Below, in pieces: positions 47,416 through 57,369 of a DNA stretch of 64,000 nt. Position 1 is the first letter of the stretch; each line of letters begins with the position of its first letter. The position numbers and the translations under genes are program-made. The notes under the pieces are model-generated. The model was not told the DNA's origin and did no database searches. It saw only the letters and a program-made list of their open reading frames with translations. The stretch lies in the IMG/VR virus record IMGVR_UViG_3300029394_000152, one strand, 5' to 3'. The DNA comes from a virus.

Positions 47416-48081
47416 ATGGAAAAGAATGTTTCTTCCGTCGCAGAACAGGACAAGACCGCTGAGGTTAAGAAGAACCCGAAGCTGATCGAGTTGGCCCGCC
47501 CGTACAAGTTTGATGATAAGGAGTATACCGAGATCGACCTGTCCGGTCTGGATGATCTGACCATCAAGGATGCGGTGCTCATCATCAAGAAACTGTACAA
47601 CGAGGGCGAAATGGCCGTGATGATTACCCCTGAAACTGCGACTGCATACACCGACGCTCTGGCCGCTGCCGCAACGAAGCTCCCCATCGAGTTTTTCCAG
47701 CTGCTTCCCATCGGCGCAAGCAAGAAGGTTCGCCAGACTGTTCAGGCGTCGCTCCGTAGCGCCGCCGCAGAGGAAGATGGCGACGAGGACGAGCACAGCC
47801 ACATCATGAAGTTCGGCAAGCCCTACACCTACAAGGGCGAAAAATACACCGAAGTTGACCTGTCAGGCGTGGCGAACCTTACCGGCATGAACGTCCGTCA
47901 GGCGGAAAACCGCATGGAGGAAGAAGATATTCGCGCAGCGGAAAAGACCCTGAACTACTATTACTGCTGCCTGATCGCATCTATGGCCACCGGTAAGGAT
48001 GTGGCATTCTTCCTCGGCCTGCCGCTGGCGGAGGCTGTACAGCTTCGCGCAGGGGTGAACCACAAGGATTTTTTCGCCTAA
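47416..48081 (+). CDS. tail assembly chaperone (gpG/E-like) with a -1 frameshift extension to about 48231
   Basis: internal repeat YKFDDKEYTEIDLSG / YTYKGEKYTEVDLSG; slippery heptamer T TTT TTC at 48069-48075 just before the stop, with the -1 frame open for 51 codons. Confidence 0.65.
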   Translation: MEKNVSSVAEQDKTAEVKKNPKLIELARPYKFDDKEYTEIDLSGLDDLTIKDAVLIIKKLYNEGEMAVMITPETATAYTDALAAAATKLPIEFFQLLPIGASKKVRQTVQASLRSAAAEEDGDEDEHSHIMKFGKPYTYKGEKYTEVDLSGVANLTGMNVRQAENRMEEEDIRAAEKTLNYYYCCLIASMATGKDVAFFLGLPLAEAVQLRAGVNHKDFFA

Positions 48082-48208
48082 AGGGCGGATACAAAACCAT
48101 CAGAAAGGCGGCGATAGCCCTCGCCACGGCTACACACACGAGTGCAGATTTCTACCTGAATCTGCCCGTGCGTGAGCTGGTGGAAATCAACGAGGAGGTG
48201 GCGGAGGA

Positions 48209-51200
48209 GTGGCAAAAAATCAAACCCTAGAGCTTTCTATTTTGATCGGCGGTCACGTTGATAACTCGCTGACGCAGGCTGTAAAGTCTGCGAATACTCA
48301 GCTCAGCAGTATGGCGAACGGCGCATCGAAACTGGCAGCGAATATCGCAAAAGTAACGGTGGGCATAGCCAGCGGCATTACAGCGGGGCTGGTAGATGCA
48401 ACAAAAGAAGCAGTTGCATTTGAAAGCGAAATGCTTGATGTGACGAAGTACGTTGGCGGTCTGACGGACGCGAACGGAAAGGTCAAAACGGACGCTTATG
48501 CGGAAATGTCGAAAGACATTCTTGACTTGAGCACACAAATTCCGTACACCGCCAAAGAGCTGACACGTCTGGCAGCTGCGGCTGGTCAGTCCGGAAAGAG
48601 CATGGATGACCTAATAAGCGGCGGGTTTCTAAAGGACGTTGCCGAAATGGGCACGGCCATGGATATTTCTGCGGATCAGGCAGGCGACTGGGCAGCAAAG
48701 TGGGAAGTTGCATTCAACATGAACCACGATCAGGTCATGGAGCTGGCAGACCAGATTAACTATCTGGGTGCCCACTACGCAACGACCGCCGCTGAAATTG
48801 CCCAGACCGTAAACGACACCGGCTCTCTGGGTCAAATCGCTGGCATGGATGTTCAGAGCACGGCAGCGCTTTCTACAGCACTGCTGGCAATGGGCGTTGA
48901 TTCTGGTAAAGTGGCAACATCCATCCGCCGGATGTATACGAACCTTTCTATGGGTTCAAAAGCTACAGATGCACAGTCTGCGGCTTTTGAACAGCTGGGA
49001 TTTACCGCGGAACAGTTTGCAAAGGATATGCAAAAAGACGCCCCGGCAGCATTGAAAAGTTTGTTTACCGCTATCGGTACTCAGCCGAAAGACAAGCAAG
49101 TGGGCTATCTGAAAACTCTGCTCGGTCAGTGGGCCATTGAGAGTGGCGCAAAACTAACCGGCAATCTTGACTTGTTTGTGAAAACGCTGGACGACGTAGG
49201 CGATGCTTCTAAGTATAACGGCAGTATGTATAAAGAGTTTATGCTGAAATGCGAAACCTCTGAATCTGTATTGACGATGCTTGGGAGCGCATGGCGGGCC
49301 GTCCGCATTGAGGTTGGAAATAATTTCCTTCCGGTGCTGAAAGATGTAGCCGGGTTTGGCATCGAAAAGCTGAATGACCTCCGCGCCGCTCTGCCGGATA
49401 TTGCAGAACGTGTAAGGCAGGTAATTGAGTATCTGCTGAATAATGGCGATAAGGTAGCTGCGACCATCGCGGGTATCGGCACGGCATGGGCAGGAATGCG
49501 GTTTGCACCGCAAATCCTGCAGGTGGTATCCAGCGCGACGAAGTTTGCAAGCGGGGCGGCAAGCCCTGTGGGGCTTGTACAGAAGGGCGTGTCTGGTGCA
49601 GGAAAAGCTGGCAATCTGTGGCAGGCTGCAAAACTTGGAACACAGCTGGCAAACAGCGCTGTTCCGGCGGGCAGCAATCCTAGCTTCGGGCAGAGAGTGC
49701 AGAACACCATACTTGGTAGCGTCCTTGGAATGCAAAACAGCAAAAAGCTGTTTGGAGCAAAGACACCTGCTGGGATGGCAAAGGCAACGAGTGCGCTGTT
49801 TGGCAGCATTCAGCAGGCACAGGCTTCCGGCGGAATAATCGGACTGTTGAAAGGCAGTTCGATAGGGCAATACGGAGCCAGAGTTGCAAGGTCTGCAAAA
49901 AATCTGGCGGGGACAGACTTTATTCAGAACACGGTCGGCGTTGGAAAGTGGATCGGCCAAAAAGTTGCCGGTACACAACTTGGCGGCTTTGTAGGGAACA
50001 TGGGCCAAAAGGCTATGGGCTTTGGACAAGGATTGCTGGGCGGAGCAAAAAACATTGCAGGAACGGCAATTGGCGGCGTAAAAAATCTGGCAGGCCGCGC
50101 GGCATCTACTAAAGCTGGACAATTTGCCTTAAAGGTTGGCGGGGGAATTGCGAAAGGAACAGGGGACACGTTCAAGTTCCTTGGTTCTGGACTGAGCCTA
50201 GCCAACACGGCGGTAGGCCCGATAGCCGGTAAATTGGGCGGTGCATTTATGGGATTGCTCGGCACCTTCGGCCCGGTGATTACCGGAATCGGTGGAATCA
50301 TCGCAGTGGTCAGTCTGCTGGGAGATCACTTTGAGGACATCCGCCAGATCGTCGGGAACGTGTTCGGCGAAAAGGGACTGGCAATGTTTGATGGATTTAC
50401 GAGTAAAATCCACGATATTGCAGGCAACGTCCGAGATTCGGTGAGCAATGCATTCTCTTTGGAAAACCTGCAAAACATCCAGCAGAGCTTGAGCGGAAAG
50501 AGTATTTTCGGTATCGACGACTTGGGAACCACCTTCGGGGCAGTGATACCGATTATCGAATCGGTGAAAGGGCTGATTGGACAGATCGTAGACCTCGGAG
50601 TGAATCATATTAAGCCGCTGCTGGCTGATATTATGAGCTTCGCTGTAAACGAATTGTTCCCCGCAGTGTCGCCGCTGATAAGCATGATTATCAGTCTGGT
50701 TGGCACAACCCTGATAAACGCAATCAAGCTCGTCGTCGATGTGATCCACGGACTACTGCCGGTGATTGAACCGGTTATTCAGGGCATCGTCGGGTTGATA
50801 AAGGGCATTGTATCGGTGACGATTACGGTTGCGAATGCAATCATCGGCACGTTGAACAAATTGTCTTTTACGGTGCCTGATTGGGTGCCCGCCCTCGGTG
50901 GAAAACAATTCGGCTTCAACCTGAAAGAAGTTGCAATGCCTGCCTTTGCGAACGGCGGTTTTACTCACGGTGTCAGCATTGCAGGCGAAGCTGGAACAGA
51001 GGCGGTTATCAGCTTCAAGCCTAGTGTTCACGATAGCAACGTCGAAAACTGGGTGCGTGCAGGCCGGATGCTGGGAGTGTCTGGCGAGGATGCAACTCGT
51101 GCGGCGGGTGTACGGTATTTTGCAAACGGCGGTTTCACCGACGGAAGCAAGGAAAAACTGGACAACCTGATTGATTTCTCCAAAGCATACGGTAAGTACG

Positions 51201-51712
51201 CACTGCGTTCCAATGGCATCCGAACCACCGGCGACGCTTTGTCGATGCTATGGACGGTCGCCAACAACTCAATGTCTGGTGACGCTTCGCTTGCACTGGC
51301 GGCGACCAGCCTTGCAGCTGATGTTGCTCCGCTTCTGCTGAACAAGTACCTCGGAAGTGACAGCCCTGTAACCACTGCACTGACCGAAGCAGCCAAAAAC
51401 TACAACGGCGGCACGGTGCTTTCAAGCTGGCAGGACGGTGTCCTTACAGACACAGGAACGCCGCTTTATGTGCTGCCGCCGAGGGATACCGGGCGCACGC
51501 TGTCCGAAATCCCGGTGAGCGCATATCAGAATACACCTGTACCCGGCGGCAACGGCGGAAGCTCTCCGCAGTTTGTATTTGCTCCAAACATCACAATCAC
51601 TGGTGATGCAGACCGCCAGCAGATTGCTTCGATTATGGAGGACGAGTACGAAAAGTTCAAAGCCTTTATGGACAAATACAACCGAGAAAACAATCGAACC
51701 CGGTATGCATAA
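48209..51712 (+). CDS. tail tape measure protein
   Basis: 1167 aa, Gly/Ala-rich repeats, follows the chaperone. Confidence 0.9.
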   Translation: MAKNQTLELSILIGGHVDNSLTQAVKSANTQLSSMANGASKLAANIAKVTVGIASGITAGLVDATKEAVAFESEMLDVTKYVGGLTDANGKVKTDAYAEMSKDILDLSTQIPYTAKELTRLAAAAGQSGKSMDDLISGGFLKDVAEMGTAMDISADQAGDWAAKWEVAFNMNHDQVMELADQINYLGAHYATTAAEIAQTVNDTGSLGQIAGMDVQSTAALSTALLAMGVDSGKVATSIRRMYTNLSMGSKATDAQSAAFEQLGFTAEQFAKDMQKDAPAALKSLFTAIGTQPKDKQVGYLKTLLGQWAIESGAKLTGNLDLFVKTLDDVGDASKYNGSMYKEFMLKCETSESVLTMLGSAWRAVRIEVGNNFLPVLKDVAGFGIEKLNDLRAALPDIAERVRQVIEYLLNNGDKVAATIAGIGTAWAGMRFAPQILQVVSSATKFASGAASPVGLVQKGVSGAGKAGNLWQAAKLGTQLANSAVPAGSNPSFGQRVQNTILGSVLGMQNSKKLFGAKTPAGMAKATSALFGSIQQAQASGGIIGLLKGSSIGQYGARVARSAKNLAGTDFIQNTVGVGKWIGQKVAGTQLGGFVGNMGQKAMGFGQGLLGGAKNIAGTAIGGVKNLAGRAASTKAGQFALKVGGGIAKGTGDTFKFLGSGLSLANTAVGPIAGKLGGAFMGLLGTFGPVITGIGGIIAVVSLLGDHFEDIRQIVGNVFGEKGLAMFDGFTSKIHDIAGNVRDSVSNAFSLENLQNIQQSLSGKSIFGIDDLGTTFGAVIPIIESVKGLIGQIVDLGVNHIKPLLADIMSFAVNELFPAVSPLISMIISLVGTTLINAIKLVVDVIHGLLPVIEPVIQGIVGLIKGIVSVTITVANAIIGTLNKLSFTVPDWVPALGGKQFGFNLKEVAMPAFANGGFTHGVSIAGEAGTEAVISFKPSVHDSNVENWVRAGRMLGVSGEDATRAAGVRYFANGGFTDGSKEKLDNLIDFSKAYGKYALRSNGIRTTGDALSMLWTVANNSMSGDASLALAATSLAADVAPLLLNKYLGSDSPVTTALTEAAKNYNGGTVLSSWQDGVLTDTGTPLYVLPPRDTGRTLSEIPVSAYQNTPVPGGNGGSSPQFVFAPNITITGDADRQQIASIMEDEYEKFKAFMDKYNRENNRTRYA

Positions 51713-51724
51713 GGAGGTGGCCTG

Positions 51725-51928
51725 ATGTCTTACACGACAAAGAGCGGTGACACTTGGGATGGTATTGCAAAAACTGTCTACGGTGACGAGTTGAAAGCCG
51801 ATGTGCTGATGACTGCCAACCGGGAGTATATCGAGGTGTACAAGTTTGATTCCGGGGTGGTGCTTGCCACGCCGGAAGTGGAAGTTAAGGCAAAAACAGA
51901 CGAAAGTCTGCCGCCTTGGAAAAGGTGA
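51725..51928 (+). CDS. tail protein X (LysM-like, P2 gpX-like)
   Basis: 67 aa with GDTWDGIA. Confidence 0.55.
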   Translation: MSYTTKSGDTWDGIAKTVYGDELKADVLMTANREYIEVYKFDSGVVLATPEVEVKAKTDESLPPWKR

Positions 51929-51938
51929 GGTGTGAGGG

Positions 51939-52937
51939 ATGATTACGCCACGTCAAGCGTTCCTGACGCTTGAATATGACGGAAAGGACATTTCAAGCGA
52001 CATCCGCAAAGATGTGGAAAACTTCACATACACCGATAGCGGTTCGGATTCGAGTGACAGCCTTTCTATTAAGGTAAACGCGATGGATCACAAGTGGATC
52101 GATTCGTGGATGCCAGACAAGGAAGCTGTGCTGCACCCGACCCTCTGCACGACAAACTGGATCGTGCAGGGGGATAGAACCGTTTTGGATTGTGGAACGC
52201 TGGTAGTTGATGATCTGAGCTTTTCGGCCTGCCCGGATGTTTTGACGATTGGAGCGGTCGCCCGGCCAAACGGGACGAGCTTTCATGAAAAAAACAGAGA
52301 GCAGGTTTGGAAGAACACGAGCATCAAACGCATTGCAGAAACCATTGCTGGGCGGTACGGCTTGGAATGCAAGATGGATGCAGAGGATGTCAGCGTCGCT
52401 CTGAAAGAACAGGACGATAATGACAGCTCTTTCTTGCAGAAAATTTGCAGCACATACGGGCTGATCCTCAAAACATACCGGAACAAAATCTGGATTTTTG
52501 ACCGTGAAAAGTACAAGAAAAAGGATTCGGTAGCAACGGTAAAACCGATTGACATTGTGCCCGGCTCGTTGAGCTGGAACACAACGCTGGCAGGAACATA
52601 CACCGGAGGCGAGTTCACTTATTCCAACCAAAAGAAAAAAGTGAATATCAAGGTGACAATCGGAACGGCAGACCGGATGTTGAAGCTAAACCAGTATGCA
52701 TCAAGTGAAGCGGACGCAAAACGGCAGCTGCAGGCGGCTATCGACAACAAAAACCATTCGGCTACAACCATTTCCTTTACGACTATGGGAAACCTGACAT
52801 ATTGCGCGACGCAGTGTATTGACGTGGAAGGATATGGGAAAATCGACGGAAAATATTACATGGACAGTGTAGGGCACACCATGAATAAATCCGGCGGTTT
52901 TGTGACGAAGGTCTCAGCAAGCAGAGTGGGAGGGTGA
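51939..52937 (+). CDS. late control D-like tail protein (P2 gpD family)
   Basis: 332 aa; position after tape measure and X. Confidence 0.75.
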   Translation: MITPRQAFLTLEYDGKDISSDIRKDVENFTYTDSGSDSSDSLSIKVNAMDHKWIDSWMPDKEAVLHPTLCTTNWIVQGDRTVLDCGTLVVDDLSFSACPDVLTIGAVARPNGTSFHEKNREQVWKNTSIKRIAETIAGRYGLECKMDAEDVSVALKEQDDNDSSFLQKICSTYGLILKTYRNKIWIFDREKYKKKDSVATVKPIDIVPGSLSWNTTLAGTYTGGEFTYSNQKKKVNIKVTIGTADRMLKLNQYASSEADAKRQLQAAIDNKNHSATTISFTTMGNLTYCATQCIDVEGYGKIDGKYYMDSVGHTMNKSGGFVTKVSASRVGG

Positions 52938-52941
52938 CACG

Positions 52942-53559
52942 ATGAGCAGCGTCATTCGCATTGGCACAGTGTCCAAAGTGAATTACGAGGATGGCACAAT
53001 TGAAGTTGCATATGAAGATCGGGACGGTTCTGTGACCGATGAAATCTGTGTGGTTTCAAATGCGCTGTACCGGATGCCGGTTGTCGGTGCTATGGTTTGC
53101 GTTCTCCACAATTCCGATAGTCAGGAAATGGGAACGTGCATCGGAACGTTCTGGAATGAGGATAACAAGCCGGTCGGTGGAAAGAAACAACGTTACCGGT
53201 ATGACTACAACGATAAGAAGGGAAAAGCCTTTGAACAATACGATGGAGATAGCGGAGACTATGAAGAAAAAATCGACGGGAATGCAAAAGAGACCATCGG
53301 TAAAAATCTGGACTTCACTGTTGGTGGGGACGTGACCTTCAAGGTCGGGGCTTCGACCGTCAAGGTTTGCCAGAGCGGAACGATTGAAATTACCGGGACG
53401 ACGGTGAAAATCACAGGAGCAACGGTGAATATTTCGGGCGGCTCTGGCGACTGCAAAATCAATGGCGTAAGCCTTGTGAATCACAAGCACGAACATGACG
53501 GGTCGGCAAAAGCTGGCCCGTATACTGTTTCGGGGAATACCGGCGTCCCGGTAAAGTGA
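52942..53559 (+). CDS. baseplate spike protein (gpV-like)
   Basis: N-terminal OB-fold-like region and a C-terminal beta-helix repeat TIEITGTTVKITGATVNISG. Confidence 0.7.
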   Translation: MSSVIRIGTVSKVNYEDGTIEVAYEDRDGSVTDEICVVSNALYRMPVVGAMVCVLHNSDSQEMGTCIGTFWNEDNKPVGGKKQRYRYDYNDKKGKAFEQYDGDSGDYEEKIDGNAKETIGKNLDFTVGGDVTFKVGASTVKVCQSGTIEITGTTVKITGATVNISGGSGDCKINGVSLVNHKHEHDGSAKAGPYTVSGNTGVPVK

Positions 53560-53563
53560 GGGG

Positions 53564-53974
53564 GTGTTCTTTATGGCATGGGGCAGCATCGGTAGCTTTG
53601 CTGGACTGGTGTTTACAGTATCAAGTTGGCGAGTTCTTACGCCGGACAACATCAGTGGAAGTACGTCGAGCAACTGGGCGACGCACAGCGTGATCGGCGG
53701 AAAAGATAAAAGCGAATATGTAAGTCCCGGCCTGCGAGAGTATCAGTTCAACATTACGCTTAGTTCAAGGCTGGGAGTAAATCCGCGAAAGGTCTTTGAC
53801 GCCCTAATGGATTTGTGCGAAGCCGGAGCAGTAGACTACTTCATCATCAACAACAGGCCGGTTTCTCAAAATCCGTTTATGCTTGAAAAAGTAGCGGATG
53901 AATGGGGCGCGGTACATCGGTTCTGGGGACTGACAAGCGGAAAGCTGACCTTGACGCTAAAGGAGTACACATGA
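53564..53974 (+). CDS. hypothetical baseplate-associated protein
   Basis: 136 aa between the spike and the gp25-like gene. Confidence 0.4.
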   Translation: MFFMAWGSIGSFAGLVFTVSSWRVLTPDNISGSTSSNWATHSVIGGKDKSEYVSPGLREYQFNITLSSRLGVNPRKVFDALMDLCEAGAVDYFIINNRPVSQNPFMLEKVADEWGAVHRFWGLTSGKLTLTLKEYT

Positions 53975-54297
53975 GCGGTGAGCTGGAAAAGCTGATACTG
54001 GGCGATATTGATGTAGAGATCAATCCGTCCGAAAGCACAGAAGAACGGGATGTATATAACTGTCTCAAGACGCTTTATGGGAGCCGAGAAGGTGAACAGG
54101 CACTTGACCGGGAGTTTGGCCTGAACATGGACTGCTTGAGCCTGCCAGCCGAAGCTGCCGAAGCGAAGCTCACGGCAGAGATCATCCGAAAGACAAAGAA
54201 GTACGAACCGAGGGCACAAGTGCTGGAAGTAAGCTATGAAACCAGCCGAAGCCAGCAGGGGAACATTCGACCGAAGGTGGTGATAAACATTGTCTAA
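53971..54297 (+). CDS. baseplate wedge protein (gp25/gpW-like)
   Basis: 108 aa with a gp25-like motif arrangement. Confidence 0.55.
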   Translation: MSGELEKLILGDIDVEINPSESTEERDVYNCLKTLYGSREGEQALDREFGLNMDCLSLPAEAAEAKLTAEIIRKTKKYEPRAQVLEVSYETSRSQQGNIRPKVVINIV

Positions 54298-55471
54298 TAT
54301 CGCTGAATTTGCCGAAATCCCGGAGTATAGCGTCACAGATAATATGACGCTTGAGGATGTAAATAATCTGGTGACAGAAATTTACACCCGAAATTACAAA
54401 GCGGTAAACGGAACAACCCCGCCGTTGCACAGTGCTGACCCAATCACTCTTACGCTGAAAAGTATTTCTGAGCTGTATTACATGGTGCTGCAGGTTGCAG
54501 AAAAAAGAACCCGCTGCGCCTTGCTGAAAACAGCAACGGGTGCAGCGCTGGATAATATGGGGCTTCCGTTCGGCGTGAAGCGGAATGAAGCAACCTATGC
54601 AACGGTGACAATCCGATTTAATCTTTCGGCTGAACAAAAAACAGTTGTAATGATTCCACAGGGAACCCGCGTCAGAACTGCCGCGGGTATTTATTTTGCC
54701 ACAGCGGCCTATGCACAGATTGCCATTGGCGAGACCTATGTTGATGTGTTGGCGCAAGCCGAGGTGGTAGGAGCCAGCGGAAACGACGTTCCAATCGGCG
54801 TTGTCGATACGCTGGTAGACGCCATTCCTTATGTTGCGGCAGTGGAGAATGTGGATACATCCAGCGGCGGCGCAGACGCGGAAAGCGACGATAGCTTGAC
54901 CCGGCGGATTTGGCTGTCACCGACAACGTATAGTTGCGCAGGGCCGCGAGACGCCTACGAGTATTGGGCAATGAGCTTCCGCTCTGATGTGGAAAATGCA
55001 ATTGCAGTCAGTCCACGGAGCCAGCCTTGCACAGTGTATATCTTTTTCATGCTGACGGGCGGAAGGATGCCGAGTGAAAAGGATATGAGCGAAATGCAAG
55101 CATATCTGATGAACGAAGCTCGACGCCCCATGACAGATCAGGTGATCTGTAAGGCCCCGGAAGAAGTGGAGTACGGAATTGACTTTACCTATTATATCGG
55201 AGCGGGCAACGCGAAGGGCGCAAGTATTGTTCAGGAAAACGTTACAAAAGCTGTTGAGGAATTTCAGCAGTGGCAGCGCTCCATCGGGAGAGACATTAGC
55301 CCGATGGAATTGATTTATCGCTTGCGTGTCGCTGGCGTAAAACGAGTAGAGCTTAGACAACCGGTTTACATGGTAGTCGAAGGCGGTTCGGATTTGGAAA
55401 AAGCAACAGTGCAAATCCCAAAACTGAGCGGAACCCCGACGATCATCTACGGAGGTGTCGAGGATGATTAA
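54290..55471 (+). CDS. baseplate J-like protein
   Basis: 393 aa following the gp25-like gene. Confidence 0.8.
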   Translation: MSNIAEFAEIPEYSVTDNMTLEDVNNLVTEIYTRNYKAVNGTTPPLHSADPITLTLKSISELYYMVLQVAEKRTRCALLKTATGAALDNMGLPFGVKRNEATYATVTIRFNLSAEQKTVVMIPQGTRVRTAAGIYFATAAYAQIAIGETYVDVLAQAEVVGASGNDVPIGVVDTLVDAIPYVAAVENVDTSSGGADAESDDSLTRRIWLSPTTYSCAGPRDAYEYWAMSFRSDVENAIAVSPRSQPCTVYIFFMLTGGRMPSEKDMSEMQAYLMNEARRPMTDQVICKAPEEVEYGIDFTYYIGAGNAKGASIVQENVTKAVEEFQQWQRSIGRDISPMELIYRLRVAGVKRVELRQPVYMVVEGGSDLEKATVQIPKLSGTPTIIYGGVEDD

Positions 55472-56231
55472 GCTGCAGGACGCGAGAATTGCAGATGGAC
55501 TGCCGCGGGTCGTTGCTGAACAGCCGTGGGCAAAGGTGCTGTCTGCAGTATACGGGGAACTTCAAGGCCGGATGCTGGAATATCTGGCAACGGGCATGAC
55601 GTTCTCGGATGTGGATAACTGTAGCGAGGGAATGCTGGATCAAATGGCAATCTATCTCAAAATCGAATGGTACGATTCTGCCGCCGATATTGAGACGAAG
55701 CGTAAGCTCGTAAGAACCGCAATTGAAATCCAGCGTTATGCAGGAACGGTAAAGGCTGTTCGTGAACAGGTGGAGACAATTTACAAAAAAGCCAGAATTG
55801 AGGAATGGTTCTCGTATGGGGGGACACCGGGATTCTGGAAACTGTATGTTGACATCACCGACGATCAGGAAACATATCACACCGCAGCAGAAATGGAAAA
55901 GCTGCTGGGCTACACAAAACGCTGCACTGCTCACCTTGAGCACATCATCTACACCATCGAACCGCATGAAAGATCGCCCGCCTACATCGCCGCCGTCCCC
56001 TGCGGCATGGCGACATCCTGCACCGTAAAGGTCCCCGGTAGGATCAAGCCGCGGGAAGTTGGCGCAAAGGCGTATGTTGCCGGTGCGGTCGGAAGATCGA
56101 AAATGCAGGTTGCCGTGGCGCTGCCCGGTGCCGTTGAAGCAAAGGCAGTGAAAGCACGAGCCTTTACGGCGGGCACTGTTGAGCGGTCGCACACGGCGAT
56201 AAACATTGTTATTGGAGGACAGACAACGTGA
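55455..56231 (+). CDS. tail protein I-like
   Basis: 258 aa following J. Confidence 0.6.
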   Translation: MSRMIKLQDARIADGLPRVVAEQPWAKVLSAVYGELQGRMLEYLATGMTFSDVDNCSEGMLDQMAIYLKIEWYDSAADIETKRKLVRTAIEIQRYAGTVKAVREQVETIYKKARIEEWFSYGGTPGFWKLYVDITDDQETYHTAAEMEKLLGYTKRCTAHLEHIIYTIEPHERSPAYIAAVPCGMATSCTVKVPGRIKPREVGAKAYVAGAVGRSKMQVAVALPGAVEAKAVKARAFTAGTVERSHTAINIVIGGQTT

Positions 56232-57340
56232 GTTGGGAAAAATCTAACTACACCGCCGCCGGTGCCGCCCTGCTGTCGGAATCTCTCTCCGGTGGTGCGC
56301 TGGTAATCACCCGCGCTGTGAGCGGCACCGGCACGGCAGACGCAGACCTTTCGGAGGAAACCGGGGTAAGCGGCGAAACACATGACCTGAAATTGCTGGA
56401 CATCGAAACTGTTGAAAGCAACGGCGAAACTGCCCGGCGGGTAAAAATCCAGATCACCGGTGCAGATGAAACCTACATCATGCATCAGGTGGGCGTTTAC
56501 GGCAGACTGAACGACGATGCCGAAACACTCCTGTTCATTATGCAGGATGAGCGCGGCGTGGAAGTTCCGTCTACAAAAGTGAACGGTGATTTTGAAATTG
56601 AGTTGTCGGCGTTGCTTGCTGTGTCGAACAAGGCCAATATCAGCATCACCGTAGACCCGCAGATGCAGGCTCTCGCAAAGATGGTCAGGGCAGAGGTCGA
56701 GAAGCACAACAAAGACGCTTCCGCCCATACCGAGGCCATCACCGCCGCCGTCGGCAACGCCATGGAATCCCTCAAGGAATCTGGGGACGTTGTAAGCGAA
56801 GAACAGGTCAAAGCTCTTATTCAGGAGCAGGGCAGCTCTGGCGGAGCTGCCATCATCAAGGACATCACGATCCCCGCAGACGGTTGGGACTGGCAGCGGG
56901 AATCTGATGACGAGGAAATGCTGGGGATGGATGACTTCCGGTGCGTTGTCAATGTCACAGTTGACGGCGTAACGGAGGATATGTTCCCCAGTGTTGCCTT
57001 ACATAAAGCGGCCCTTGAGGTCGCAAAGCGTGCCGGGCTTTGTCCGACGGTGCAGGCTCTCGCCGGTGTCCTGCGCTTTTGGGCAAGGAACATCCCGACG
57101 GAGGATATGTCCGCCACGGTGGCGCTGTTTGCACCGGGAGGCACAACGGGCGGCGGTTCCGCCTATGTGCTGCCCGTTGCAACGGCGACCCGGCTCGGCG
57201 GCGTGAAGATTGGTTCCGGTATTTCCGTGACGGCAGACGGAACAGTCACCGTATCGACCAGCGGCATCACCCCGGAGGAAGTCGTATCTGCGGCGGACAC
57301 GGATAAGATGCTGGACGAAATCTTCCCCGCAGAAAGTTGA
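56228..57340 (+). CDS. tail fibre protein
   Basis: 370 aa following J and I, as in P2/Mu modules. Confidence 0.5.
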   Translation: MSWEKSNYTAAGAALLSESLSGGALVITRAVSGTGTADADLSEETGVSGETHDLKLLDIETVESNGETARRVKIQITGADETYIMHQVGVYGRLNDDAETLLFIMQDERGVEVPSTKVNGDFEIELSALLAVSNKANISITVDPQMQALAKMVRAEVEKHNKDASAHTEAITAAVGNAMESLKESGDVVSEEQVKALIQEQGSSGGAAIIKDITIPADGWDWQRESDDEEMLGMDDFRCVVNVTVDGVTEDMFPSVALHKAALEVAKRAGLCPTVQALAGVLRFWARNIPTEDMSATVALFAPGGTTGGGSAYVLPVATATRLGGVKIGSGISVTADGTVTVSTSGITPEEVVSAADTDKMLDEIFPAES

Positions 57341-57369
57341 ACGAATCACCGGCATAACAGGAGGCTTAT

